Shown: positions 1 to 8,970 of the stretch, piece after piece
Position numbering within the stretch: position 1 is the stretch's first letter
Layout: every line of letters begins with the position of its first letter
From: Caldisericia bacterium
GTDB taxonomy: Bacteria; Caldisericota; Caldisericia; JAAYUI01
Direction: 5' to 3'
NCBI GenBank assembly: GCA_963674785.1
Contig: OY771555.1
Coordinates: forward strand, 725,845-789,844
Length of the DNA stretch: 64,000 nucleotides
Notes under the pieces: generated by a model
Told to the model about the DNA's origin: nothing
Databases searched by the model: none
The model's input: only the letters and a program-made list of their open reading frames with translations
Position numbers and translations under genes: made by a program

Positions 1-153
1 AAGATATTTTTTGTGTTGGTTGTTTTGGTAGTGGCTGTGATTTTTATTGTCTCAATCTTCAAAAATGCGACAGCAACAAAGAATTCTCATCCTTTCGATT
101 ATGATTTTACAGAGAGAATCGAAAAAATCTTAGAGGAGTTTGAAAACAAATGA
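1..153 (+). CDS. 3' end of an upstream CDS (partial; hydrophobic helix plus acidic tail)
   Basis: Frame 1 is open from the window edge (KIFFVLVVLVVAVIFIVSIF...ILEEFENK). It stops at TGA 151-153 and overlaps the next ATG (ATGA at 150-153). The four following genes use the same coupling. Confidence 0.4.
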   Translation, partial: KIFFVLVVLVVAVIFIVSIFKNATATKNSHPFDYDFTERIEKILEEFENK

Positions 154-1187
154 AAATCGAAAAACTAGACATACCAAATCTGACAGAAATCGAATGGCAA
201 GAGCTTTATGATTTTACGGCTGAACTATTTGCTGAGCTCTATCCCCATGAATCTAGTATATCTTTGGATTATGTAAAGAGGATTTTTAGTGAAACCTATG
301 ATGATACAGTTTGTGAACAGTATGTCACAAAAAAAGATGATAAGATTATCGCAAAAGTCAGATTTGCTTTCACAAAACCAAATGCACTCACAAAGGAAGG
401 TGATATCGACAATGTTTTTATTGATATAAGAGTTAGAAAAGATTACAGAAGAAAAGGATTTGCCACACATCTTCTTTCATATGTCTTGAAAGAAAAACTT
501 CATGAAAGGCATAAAAAAATATATCTTTCTGCAAGTGGAAGTCCGGGATATGAGTTTTGTGCAAGTTTTGATGGCAATATTTCTGGTGAGAGTTTTTCAA
601 GCAGACTCTTCTTTGATAAAACCGACTGGGAAAATATCGAGAAAATAAACTCTAAATCCAAAGAAAAATCACATGAAATCACGGCTATTGTTACTGATGG
701 AGTAAACAGGGAGTCTGAATCCGAATACTTTGATATTTACTTAGAGATGTTTGAGGAACTGTCAAAATATAGAGAGGATGACCATTTCAATAAAGAACTC
801 ACCAGAAAACGGCTCAAGGAGGATAAAGAAAAAGAGAAAAAGGAAGGCATAAAATGTTTTGTGTCCTGGGCAAGAGATGAAAATGGAAACCTTATTGGAA
901 TATCAGAACTTTTATTATCTCCTGACAATCCAAAAAAACTTACCACCTCTTTGACAGGTGTTACCAAAAAACATAGAAAAAAAGGTCTCTGTTTGCGCAT
1001 GAAAACAGACTTACTTCTTTACGCAAAAAAGAATTTGCCTGAAGTAAAATATGTTTGGACATCAAATGACAAAGACAATGCAGTGATGAGGGGGATCAAC
1101 CACAAGCTTGGGTTCGTAGCAGAAAATCCTTACAGGGCATATGTATATAAAACTGAAGAGATGAAAAAGAAACTGGGAATCTTATGA
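150..1187 (+). CDS. double-GNAT-like acetyltransferase family protein, paralog 1
   Basis: 345-aa ORF. The N half has DIRVRKDYRRKGFATHLL (R-x-x-G-x-A acetyl-CoA loop). The C half has TKKHRKKGLCLRMK ... NDKDNAVMRGINHKLGF (GNAT tail N..A....GF). ATGA overlaps on both sides. Confidence 0.75.
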   Translation: MKIEKLDIPNLTEIEWQELYDFTAELFAELYPHESSISLDYVKRIFSETYDDTVCEQYVTKKDDKIIAKVRFAFTKPNALTKEGDIDNVFIDIRVRKDYRRKGFATHLLSYVLKEKLHERHKKIYLSASGSPGYEFCASFDGNISGESFSSRLFFDKTDWENIEKINSKSKEKSHEITAIVTDGVNRESESEYFDIYLEMFEELSKYREDDHFNKELTRKRLKEDKEKEKKEGIKCFVSWARDENGNLIGISELLLSPDNPKKLTTSLTGVTKKHRKKGLCLRMKTDLLLYAKKNLPEVKYVWTSNDKDNAVMRGINHKLGFVAENPYRAYVYKTEEMKKKLGIL

Positions 1188-2221
1188 ACATTGAAAAACT
1201 AGACATACCAAAACTATCAGAATTAGAATGGCAAGAGCTTTATGATTTTACGGCGGAATTATTTGCTGAGCTTTTCCCGGGCGAGACAAATATAAACCTG
1301 GACTATGTAAAACGGGTTTTCAATGATACTCATGATGATTTTGTTAATGACCACTACATAATAAAAGAAGGAAACAAGATTATTGCCAAAGCGAGGTTTT
1401 CCTATGCCAAACCAACCTCATTAACAAAAGAAACTGATACCGATAATGTCAACATTGATATCAGGGTCAGAAAACAGTATCGAAGGAAAAAGCTTGCTAC
1501 AGGGCTACTCTCATATCTGTTGATGAATCAATTTCTCGGAAGACATAAGAGGGTTTATCTTTCTGCAAGTGGAAGTCCTGGATATGAATTTTGTGATAAT
1601 TTTGATGGCAAGGTAACGTTTGAAAGTTTCGAAAGCAAACTCTTTTTTGACAAAGCTGACTGGGCAAATATTGAAAATCTTAATAGTCAAGCGAAGGAAA
1701 AATCAAAAGAGATGACAGTTGAAATCACAGAAGATATAAATCCCGAAAATGAATCTGAATATTTCAATATTTTCTGTGATATGTTTGAGGAGCTCTCAAA
1801 AAATCATGTAGACTGGATATTCAATCGAGAGTATACAATGAACAATCTTCGTGAGTCTAGAAAAAAGGAAAAGGCTGATGGTATAAAAACACTTATTGCA
1901 TGGACAAGAGACAAAAAAGGTAGGTTGATAGGGATTTCCGAGCTTATATTTTCTCAGGATAGAAAAGAAAAGCTTATCACTTCACTTTCTGGTGTTGTGA
2001 AGGAACATCGAAAAAAAGGCCTCTGTATGCGTATGAAAACGGATTTGCTTCTTTATGCAACAAAGTATTTGCCTGATGCAAAGTTTGTGTGGACAGAAAA
2101 TGATAAAGGCAATGATTCTATGAGGGGAATAAATGCTAAACTTGGATTTGTGCCGGATGAGCCATCTAGATCATATCTTTACAAAACTGATGAGCTGAAA
2201 AAGAAACTGGGAATCTTATGA
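1184..2221 (+). CDS. double-GNAT-like acetyltransferase family protein, paralog 2
   Basis: 345-aa ORF, collinear with paralog 1 and close to it (same MxIEKLDIP..SE.EWQELYDFTAELFAE start and same KKKLGIL end). ATGA overlaps at 1184-1187 and 2218-2221. Confidence 0.75.
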   Translation: MNIEKLDIPKLSELEWQELYDFTAELFAELFPGETNINLDYVKRVFNDTHDDFVNDHYIIKEGNKIIAKARFSYAKPTSLTKETDTDNVNIDIRVRKQYRRKKLATGLLSYLLMNQFLGRHKRVYLSASGSPGYEFCDNFDGKVTFESFESKLFFDKADWANIENLNSQAKEKSKEMTVEITEDINPENESEYFNIFCDMFEELSKNHVDWIFNREYTMNNLRESRKKEKADGIKTLIAWTRDKKGRLIGISELIFSQDRKEKLITSLSGVVKEHRKKGLCMRMKTDLLLYATKYLPDAKFVWTENDKGNDSMRGINAKLGFVPDEPSRSYLYKTDELKKKLGIL

Positions 2222-3261
2222 ACATTGAAAAACTAGATATTCCAAATCTGACTGAAAATGAATGGAATGAGTTGCATGATTTCACAGCTGAATTGTTTGC
2301 TGAATTTTATCCACACCAATCAAAAGTGACACTTGAATATGTGAAAGAGATTTTTAAAGAGTCTTCAAAGGACTCTTTTGCTGAACACTTTGTGGTAATG
2401 GATGGATACAATAAAATTATTGCCAAAGCGAGGTTTTCATACGCAAAACCAAGCCCTGAAACAAAAGAAAGCGACTTAGATAATGTTTTTATTGATTTCA
2501 GGGTGAGGAAACCATACAGAAGGAAGAAGCTTGCAACAGAACTTCTTTCATACCTATTGAAAAATGAGATACTTGAAAGACACACAAGAATTCGACTTTC
2601 TGCGGGTGGGAGTCCGGGATATGAGTTTTGTGAAAGCTTTGGTGGCAAGATAACAAGTGAAAAATATGAAAGCAGTTTCTTTTTTGACGAAGCTGATTGG
2701 GAAAAAATTGAAAACCTCAACAGTGAAGCAAGAGAGAAATCAAGTGATGTTTCAGTTGTTATCACCGATGGACTTAGTAAAGAGGATGAAGCTGAATATT
2801 ACGACATCTACCTGAACATGGAAGAAGAGATATTGTCAAAATATGATAAAAGTCGGGTTTTCAATAGAGACCTTATGAAAAAGGAATTTATCGAATCAAA
2901 AAAAAGCAAGGAAGCTTTGGGAATAAAATCCCTCATTGCTTGGGCAAGAGATGACTCTGGAAAGCTTGTAGGACTCTCTGAGATTTTTTCCTATCCTGAT
3001 AACCCCAAGAAATTCTCAACTGATCTTACTGGTGTCATAAAAGAACACAGAAAAAAAGGGTTGTCTATACGTATGAAGACTGAGTTGCTACTTCACGTAA
3101 AGAAAAACTTCCCTCATGTAAAGTTTATTGTGACATTCAATGACAAAGACAATGCTGTGATGAGGGGAATAAATACTAAACTTGGATTTGTGCCAGATGA
3201 GCCAACCAGATCATTTCTTTACAAAACTGATGAGCTGAAAAAGAAACTGGGGATAATATGA
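2218..3261 (+). CDS. double-GNAT-like acetyltransferase family protein, paralog 3
   Basis: 347-aa ORF, collinear with paralogs 1 and 2. It carries RVRKPYRRKKLATELL and KEHRKKGLSIRMK motifs. Confidence 0.75.
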   Translation: MNIEKLDIPNLTENEWNELHDFTAELFAEFYPHQSKVTLEYVKEIFKESSKDSFAEHFVVMDGYNKIIAKARFSYAKPSPETKESDLDNVFIDFRVRKPYRRKKLATELLSYLLKNEILERHTRIRLSAGGSPGYEFCESFGGKITSEKYESSFFFDEADWEKIENLNSEAREKSSDVSVVITDGLSKEDEAEYYDIYLNMEEEILSKYDKSRVFNRDLMKKEFIESKKSKEALGIKSLIAWARDDSGKLVGLSEIFSYPDNPKKFSTDLTGVIKEHRKKGLSIRMKTELLLHVKKNFPHVKFIVTFNDKDNAVMRGINTKLGFVPDEPTRSFLYKTDELKKKLGII

Positions 3262-4292
3262 AAATTGAAAAAATAGTACTCGATAAAATGACAGAAAATA
3301 AATGGATTGAAATCCATGAATTCACAATAGAGATTTTTTCTGAACTCTGTCCCTATTTGCCTACTCCATCCCTAAGAATAGTCAAAAAGGATATGGGTGG
3401 ACTTCATGATTCAAAGATGAGTAATCATTTCATAATCAGGGATGATAATGGTGTTGTTGCAAAATCCAGGATTGATTACATGAAGAATTCACCTGATTTG
3501 ACAGATAATGAGCTTTCATGGGCATCGGTTGATATAAGGGTCAGAAAAGATAGAAGGAGAGAGGGTCTTGCAACCTTTATGCTTTCAGATCTCCTTAAAA
3601 ACGAAATATTGCCAAGACACAAAGATATATACATCTGGGCAAAGATAGAACCTGGCAGGGCTTTTCAACAGAGTTTGGGCGGAAATATCGAAAGAGAAAT
3701 TTTATCTAGTCATCTTTTGTTTGATAATATAGATTGGAAAAAGATTTCTGAGATTAATAAAAGTGCTTTTGAGAAATCATCCGATATTTCTGTGAATATC
3801 ACAGAGGGGATTTCTGAAGGAATTGAATCCGAATATTTAAACCTCTTGGCTGATTTGACTGAGGAACTTTCGAAGTATATGGAGTCATGGGATTTCAATC
3901 GAGAGTTATTCATCGCTGAGAATAAGAAATGGATGAAAAAAAGAGCTGAGTTGGGGTTCAAGTCAATTGTTGCCTGGGTAAAAAACCCTGATGGAAAACT
4001 TATTGGTTTTTCAGAAGTTACACAAGGAGAAGAATTTCCCGGAAGGGTTGGCACAAGGATGACTGGAGTTTCCAAGGAATATAGGGGCATGGGTTTATGT
4101 TTGTGGATGAAAACTGATTTGTTATTTTATCTTAGAGAAAACCACCCAGAGATAACACTCATGGACACAGACAACGATGGTGACAACAAAGCGATCAGAG
4201 GCATCAATGACCAGCTAGGTTTCGTACCTGAAAAACCTTCGGTTTCTTATAAATATGATGTCACTGAACTTAGGAAGAGATTGGGTTTGTAA
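3258..4292 (+). CDS. double-GNAT-like acetyltransferase family protein, divergent paralog 4
   Basis: 344-aa ORF with the same length and architecture but much more diverged (DIRVRKDRRREGLATFML; SKEYRGMGLCLWMK; NDGDNKAIRGINDQLGF). ATGA overlap at 3258-3261. Confidence 0.7.
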   Translation: MKIEKIVLDKMTENKWIEIHEFTIEIFSELCPYLPTPSLRIVKKDMGGLHDSKMSNHFIIRDDNGVVAKSRIDYMKNSPDLTDNELSWASVDIRVRKDRRREGLATFMLSDLLKNEILPRHKDIYIWAKIEPGRAFQQSLGGNIEREILSSHLLFDNIDWKKISEINKSAFEKSSDISVNITEGISEGIESEYLNLLADLTEELSKYMESWDFNRELFIAENKKWMKKRAELGFKSIVAWVKNPDGKLIGFSEVTQGEEFPGRVGTRMTGVSKEYRGMGLCLWMKTDLLFYLRENHPEITLMDTDNDGDNKAIRGINDQLGFVPEKPSVSYKYDVTELRKRLGL

Positions 4293-4382
4293 ACGAATCT
4301 CCAGGCTTTATCCAGCATCTTAATCCAATTGAAATAATCTCATTTATTTATATAATTCTTTTTATATTCAAGGAGGTTGGGA

Positions 4383-5819
4383 ATGGAAAACTTCAAGAAG
4401 AGTTTGATTTGTTTCGTGACTTTGATACTTGTTTTTTCGGTTGTTTCTTGCGGTGGCATCGAACATGCAAATACACCTAAATCAGACTCGAAAAATCATA
4501 CTACGAAAGCTGAAACAAGAACTCTAATTTGCAATGAAATCATATTAGATATGAATAAACAAGTTAGCAAAGTAAATAGTATGGTTTCAAAGAAAAAAAA
4601 GGAAATAACAAAACTCATTACTTTCAGCTGGAGCAAAGATGAAGAGGCAACAGAAAAAAGCATAACTTGTGGAGCAGGGAAAAAATTACCAGTGACTTTG
4701 TATATAACAAACAACTCAACTTACTTACTTGAATTTTCAGTTACACAGAGTGATCAATCATCCTTTGTCGATGACAAATTTATCCTCGAACCATCGGAGA
4801 AAAGGGCTTGTGATATGTATATCACATTTAATCCAGCTGAAATGAGAGGTATTACATTCCCAAAAAAAAGTAATGATGGTAAGTATAATTTCCCACAAAT
4901 TGAATTCTGTGTGTTAGAAAACAAGCATATCAAAGGAACTCTTGATATTCCCCTTGTTCTCAATATCACAAGAAATGATATTACCGAGTTTCCTATACTA
5001 TGGGAGAAGGAATTTCAATATCGACCTGACAAATTGTTTTTCTTCGATGATGTATTGGTGGTTGCAGCCGTCTCAGGTGGCTTTGGAGTCTGGGATACCT
5101 ACACTCTTTTTGGGCTTGATAAAAATAATCATGAGATTCTGTGGCAATATCCAAAGGACAATGAAGAATATGGTGGTCCAGATATTGCTGAGTCAATCAG
5201 TATTTCAGGGTTTCACCAAACCAAAGATTTATTATATCTTTCAAGTAATGGGATACATGAAGACTGGTCAACGATTATCAGCCAATGTAATGGTGATTGT
5301 GAAGGTGGAAGCAAATATAAAATGATTTCACCAGTTAGTGGTGAGGTTACCTTTGATATAGATGCAAAAGTTTCAAAAGAAATTGCAAAACTGAAATCTG
5401 GATTTTTTGGCTTTAGTCATGCAACTATTTTTCTTGAGGACACATCTCGTTGCGAAAATAAACTTGTAATTTTTGATATAAACACAGAAGATATTATTTT
5501 CGAACTTGACTTCGGATATACACCTGAGATCAACTATTATAATGGAGAGGAATGTGTAGAACTTGTAGACATGGTGCTTATAGATGATGGCTTTGTAACC
5601 CTTGAAGATATCACAACAAATGAACTTGATCCTCTTTATTCAATGAAACTTTTTGATCTTTTAGGTAACATTAAAGCTGAGAAAAAGTTTAAAAAATCTG
5701 GTATACTTGATTACCAAAATGGAAATCTTTTATTTTTTGAGGGGGAGCTTTGGTACAGAGAAATTGTCTTTGAAAAAACAGTACTATCAATAACCTATTC
5801 AACAATCCATGCTCAGTAA
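4383..5819 (+). CDS. putative lipoprotein, function unknown
   Basis: AGGAGG at 4371-4376 lies 6 nt before ATG 4383. The N-terminus MENFKKSLICFVTLILVFSVVSCGG has a relaxed lipobox (VVSC). The TTG at 4377 in the ORF track is less likely as the start. It may contain beta-propeller-like G..LW repeats (HEILWQYP). Confidence 0.7.
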   Translation: MENFKKSLICFVTLILVFSVVSCGGIEHANTPKSDSKNHTTKAETRTLICNEIILDMNKQVSKVNSMVSKKKKEITKLITFSWSKDEEATEKSITCGAGKKLPVTLYITNNSTYLLEFSVTQSDQSSFVDDKFILEPSEKRACDMYITFNPAEMRGITFPKKSNDGKYNFPQIEFCVLENKHIKGTLDIPLVLNITRNDITEFPILWEKEFQYRPDKLFFFDDVLVVAAVSGGFGVWDTYTLFGLDKNNHEILWQYPKDNEEYGGPDIAESISISGFHQTKDLLYLSSNGIHEDWSTIISQCNGDCEGGSKYKMISPVSGEVTFDIDAKVSKEIAKLKSGFFGFSHATIFLEDTSRCENKLVIFDINTEDIIFELDFGYTPEINYYNGEECVELVDMVLIDDGFVTLEDITTNELDPLYSMKLFDLLGNIKAEKKFKKSGILDYQNGNLLFFEGELWYREIVFEKTVLSITYSTIHAQ

Positions 5820-5905
5820 AAAGTCTAAACAAAAAAAATCTTGGACTGGAATGGGAGTATTCTTCTGAGAGAAAAAACTGGGGGTGTGATTTTTCAAAGA
5901 ATTCA

Positions 5906-6412
5906 ATGTACGCTGACATGGAATCCTGCTATCTTGTGTCTGCTTATAATGTAATCAACATGAAGACAGGGGAAAGCTTGTGGTACAAAGAAGAATCCAA
6001 AAATTCAGACAGCTTTGTTGTTGATATGGATAGCAAGGAAATTCACATCTTTACAAAAGGACATAATGAAATCGCTCATGATTTTGTAAATATTGAAACA
6101 GGTGAGATTCTAAAAACATTTGCTAATCCATCAAGTGTAGATTACTATTCAGACTATCCAAACTATCATCACTTAATTGGTATTTGCTCAGACGGATATT
6201 TGATTAGAGATAACAAGTGGTATGACCCTGAAACATTTTTGCTGCTTGGAACAAATTTTGATGCAGATGGAAACCCATCCATAGTTATCGACATAAAAGA
6301 TGACCACTTATATTGCATGTATCCTCCTCTGGAAAATGAAGAGAGATATGGATATTCATACCCCTATTCATATCCCAAAAAAGGCAAGCTTGTCTGTAAG
6401 AAAATCGAATAA
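5906..6412 (+). CDS. hypothetical protein (168 aa)
   Basis: Clean ORF on the same strand as its neighbours. It has a TGESLWYKE motif that resembles the repeat in the preceding protein. The RBS is weak (GGGGG about 20 nt upstream). Confidence 0.5.
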   Translation: MYADMESCYLVSAYNVINMKTGESLWYKEESKNSDSFVVDMDSKEIHIFTKGHNEIAHDFVNIETGEILKTFANPSSVDYYSDYPNYHHLIGICSDGYLIRDNKWYDPETFLLLGTNFDADGNPSIVIDIKDDHLYCMYPPLENEERYGYSYPYSYPKKGKLVCKKIE

Positions 6413-6477
6413 TATCCATAGTTTAGATTTCGTATAAATTTCAAAAGTCGTGGATTCATCCCCGGCTTTTTTATGCC

Positions 6478-6556
6478 CTAGACCCCGGGCGGAGTACTGA
6501 GCTCGGATTATACTGAGTCTGCCGAAAGGTTGAAGTGTCAAGCCCCGGGTGACGGA
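6478..6556. repeat. hairpin-type repeat (element B), copy 1
   Basis: The core ctgagctcggattatactgagtctgccgaa (6497-6526) matches 8853-8882 at 26/30 nt. It is flanked by CCCCGGG-type inverted arms. Confidence 0.6.
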
Positions 6557-6565
6557 GAGAGGAAC

Positions 6566-6662
6566 CCCTGGTTGCAGCTGCGGCTGTGAAAGACAGGGGA
6601 AGGTGCTAGAAAGACTTAACCCTCCCTGATAGGGAGGGCTTTTTTGATTCGTCATTCCGTGC
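6566..6662 (+). repeat. composite direct repeat, copy A (contains a terminator-like hairpin)
   Basis: cccctggttgcagctgcggctgtgaaagacagggga..gctagaaagacttaaccctccct..agggagggcttttttgattcgtcattccgtg recurs at 7201-7322. Its 3' part also recurs at 8971-9037. Confidence 0.8.
6620..6647 (+). terminator. intrinsic-terminator-like hairpin inside repeat copy A
   Basis: Stem ccctccct (6620-6627) pairs with agggaggg (6631-6638) and is followed by cTTTTTTg. It lies about 200 nt downstream of the 5906-6412 CDS. Confidence 0.55.
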
Positions 6663-6877
6663 CCACCACGGAATCCCACTACCACGTCATTCCCGACCCC
6701 GATCGGGAATCCAGGGTTACTTTTGGTTCGGGAATTCTTATTCAGTAATTTTTGTCGAAAGAGGGATATTTGACCAGACAAAATAAATACGCTCTTTTCT
6801 GCCCTGGTTTCCAGCGTTCGCTGGAAAGACATCCTCTTACTACGTCATGCCAAGCTTGACTTGGCATCCAGGGTTAC
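6651..6877. repeat. cluster of three GTCATKCC-stem-loop-GGMATCC palindromic elements
   Basis: The copies are gtcattccgtgcccaccacggaatcc (6651-6676), gtcattcccgaccccgatcgggaatccagggttac (6686-6720) and gtcatgccaagcttgacttggcatccagggttac (6844-6877). The ends are conserved while the stems vary but stay complementary. Confidence 0.85.
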
Positions 6878-6897
6878 TTTAGAATCATAGATATATT

Positions 6898-7180
6898 ATG
6901 CAACCTGCCATATACATTCTCGCAAGCAAAAGAAATGGAACACTCTATATAGGTGTTACAAGCAATCTGGCAAAAAGAATTTGGGAACACAAAAATGATG
7001 TTGTCGACGGTTTTTCTAAGAGACATGAAACTCATATCCTCGTATATTTCGAGGTTTCCCCTGACATGGAATCAGCAATCACAAGAGAAAAAAGACTCAA
7101 AACATGGAAGAGCTTGGAAACTTGAATTGATTGAAAAAATGAATCCAACTTGGAAGGATTTGTTTGAGGAAGTGATTTAG
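6898..7180 (+). pseudogene. GIY-YIG nuclease family gene, frameshifted
   Basis: Residues 1-70 align with the intact copy at 61418-61708 (AIYILASKRNGTLYIGVTSNLAKRIWEHKND). The reading frame breaks near 7106-7110: acatggaagagcttgg here versus aaatgggagagagcttgg in the intact copy, a 2-nt deficit. The C-terminus RAWKLELIEKMNPTWKDLFEEVI continues in another frame to 7180. Confidence 0.75.
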
Positions 7181-7200
7181 AATTTATGTACACCAATTAA

Positions 7201-7322
7201 CCCTGGTTTCCAGCTGCAGATGTGAAAGACAGGGGAAAATGCTAGAAAGACTTAACCCTCCCTGGTGACTTCGTCACCATCCCTCCCTATCAGGGAGGGC
7301 TTTTTTGATTCGTCATTCCGTG
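7201..7322 (+). repeat. composite direct repeat, copy B
   Basis: Same sequence as copy A plus an internal ggtgacttcgtcaccatccctccct segment. Positions 7254-7320 match 8971-9037 at 63/67 nt. Confidence 0.85.
7281..7306 (+). terminator. intrinsic-terminator-like hairpin inside repeat copy B
   Basis: Stem ccctccct (7281-7288) pairs with agggaggg (7292-7299), followed by a T6 run at 7301-7306. It lies downstream of the GIY-YIG pseudogene. Confidence 0.6.
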
Positions 7323-7438
7323 TAGTTACTGAATCAACAGGAACAATAATCTAAAAAGAATTATTTTAAACCTTAATTTCTTCACTACTATACATTAAAA
7401 ATATTGCCAGTACCCTAGTCATTCAAAGGTGAAAAATC

Positions 7439-8803
7439 ATGGAAAAAACAAGAAGACTCGGAACAAAATCTATCGGTAAACTACTGCTTGAGTACTCTAC
7501 CCCCGCAATAATCGCAATGATTGTAAACTCTATCTACAATGTTGTAGACAGAATCTTCATAGGCAATTACGCAGGTGAGGCTGCACTTGCAGGTCTCACA
7601 ATTGCATTCCCAATAATGATGATGATCTTCGCATTTGCTGGACTCATCGGCATGGGTGGAACATCACTCCTCTCAATAAAGCTTGGTGAAGAAAACCTTC
7701 ACGAAGCAAATAAGACATTTGGCAACATGATCGGTTTGGGCATCATCTTTGCTGTTGTTACATTTGTGGGATTGTTTTTCACTCTTGACCCAACATTGAT
7801 TCTGTTTGGTGCAAAAGCTGAAACCATAGGCCCTGCAAGTAGCTATATGAGAATAATCATCTTTGGATTCTTTTTCCAGATGATTGGCTTTTCTCTAAAC
7901 AATGCAATCAGAGCAGAGGGACACCCCTTCCTGCCAATGGTTGCAATGACAACATCAGCCCTCACAAACATCGTGCTTGATTACTTGTTTATTGTTGTAT
8001 TTGGATGGGGAGTTGAAGGTGCAGCATATGCAACAATCATCGGTCAATTTGTGGGATTCTTAATAATGATCCTGTTCTATCTGCGAGGGAAAAGTATTCT
8101 CAGACCAATTCTAGGGGATTTCATCCCGAGACTTAAAACAACACTTCGAATCTTTGTTGTCGGTTTTGCGACATTCATTGGAACAATCGGTGTGAGTTTG
8201 GCTCTGACCCTCATAAACCGTGCTCTTGCAAACTATGGTGGTTTGGCAAGCGTCACTTCGATGGGTGCGATAAACAGTATCTTTACACTCTTCATTATGC
8301 CTGTAATGGGTATTAGACAGGGAATGCAACCGATCATCGGATACAACCATGGTGCAGGAAACAGCGAGCGAGTCTTCAAAACACTCAGACTTGGACTCAC
8401 GGTTGCAACAATTTTTGCAGTAGCAATCTTCCTTATGATTCAGCTCTTCCCAGAGGTTTTTGTGAAGATGTTCCTAGACCCGAACTCAGAGACAATAAAG
8501 GTCGCAATAAACGGTCTCAGGTTATATTTCCTATCTCTACCAATTATTCCAGTAAGCCTCATGGGTGTTGGATATTATCAATCCACGGGAAACGGTCTCA
8601 TCTCAATGCTTCTTGGACTTCAGATTCTGATACTTATTCCAGTCATCTCAATTCTTCCACCACTGTTTGGTTTAACAGGTGTATGGATCTCTTATCCGGT
8701 TGCAGATGTGATTCTGGTTACAATCACAATCATCTTGCTTACCGGCAGCTATCAGAAGTACAAAAAAGGGTCGCCATTTGTCTCTGTTCCTGCTGGAGGT
8801 TGA
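7439..8803 (+). CDS. MATE family efflux transporter
   Basis: 454-aa polytopic membrane protein. It has the typical MATE N-terminus (GKLLLEYSTPAIIAMIVNSIYNVVDRIFIG) and about 12 hydrophobic segments. RBS AAAGGTGA lies upstream. Confidence 0.85.
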   Translation: MEKTRRLGTKSIGKLLLEYSTPAIIAMIVNSIYNVVDRIFIGNYAGEAALAGLTIAFPIMMMIFAFAGLIGMGGTSLLSIKLGEENLHEANKTFGNMIGLGIIFAVVTFVGLFFTLDPTLILFGAKAETIGPASSYMRIIIFGFFFQMIGFSLNNAIRAEGHPFLPMVAMTTSALTNIVLDYLFIVVFGWGVEGAAYATIIGQFVGFLIMILFYLRGKSILRPILGDFIPRLKTTLRIFVVGFATFIGTIGVSLALTLINRALANYGGLASVTSMGAINSIFTLFIMPVMGIRQGMQPIIGYNHGAGNSERVFKTLRLGLTVATIFAVAIFLMIQLFPEVFVKMFLDPNSETIKVAINGLRLYFLSLPIIPVSLMGVGYYQSTGNGLISMLLGLQILILIPVISILPPLFGLTGVWISYPVADVILVTITIILLTGSYQKYKKGSPFVSVPAGG

Positions 8804-8833
8804 TAATAGCCACGAGTTATAGAGTTAATCATT

Positions 8834-8906
8834 CCGTCACCCCGCACGGTCGCTGAGCTCGGTTTACACTGAGTTTACCGAAGTGTCGAAGCGTGATGCG
8901 GGGTCT
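8834..8906. repeat. hairpin-type repeat (element B), copy 2
   Basis: Arms accccgca (8839-8846) and tgcggggt (8897-8904) enclose the conserved core ctgagctcggtttacactgagtttaccgaa (8853-8882). Confidence 0.6.
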
Positions 8907-8970
8907 TTTGTCCAGTTGTCTGTCCCCATGAGGGGTGTTATAGCACGGAATTTTTGGGTGGGTAGGGTGA

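Noticed and set aside
6368-6832. A 154-aa minus-strand ORF spans the intergenic region after 5906-6412.
   Set aside because: It is made entirely of the palindromic and composite repeats read in one frame (PGFPIGVGNDVV, GHGMTNQKSPPYQGG). This is a typical spurious ORF across REP-like elements. It also overlaps the 3' end of a real CDS.
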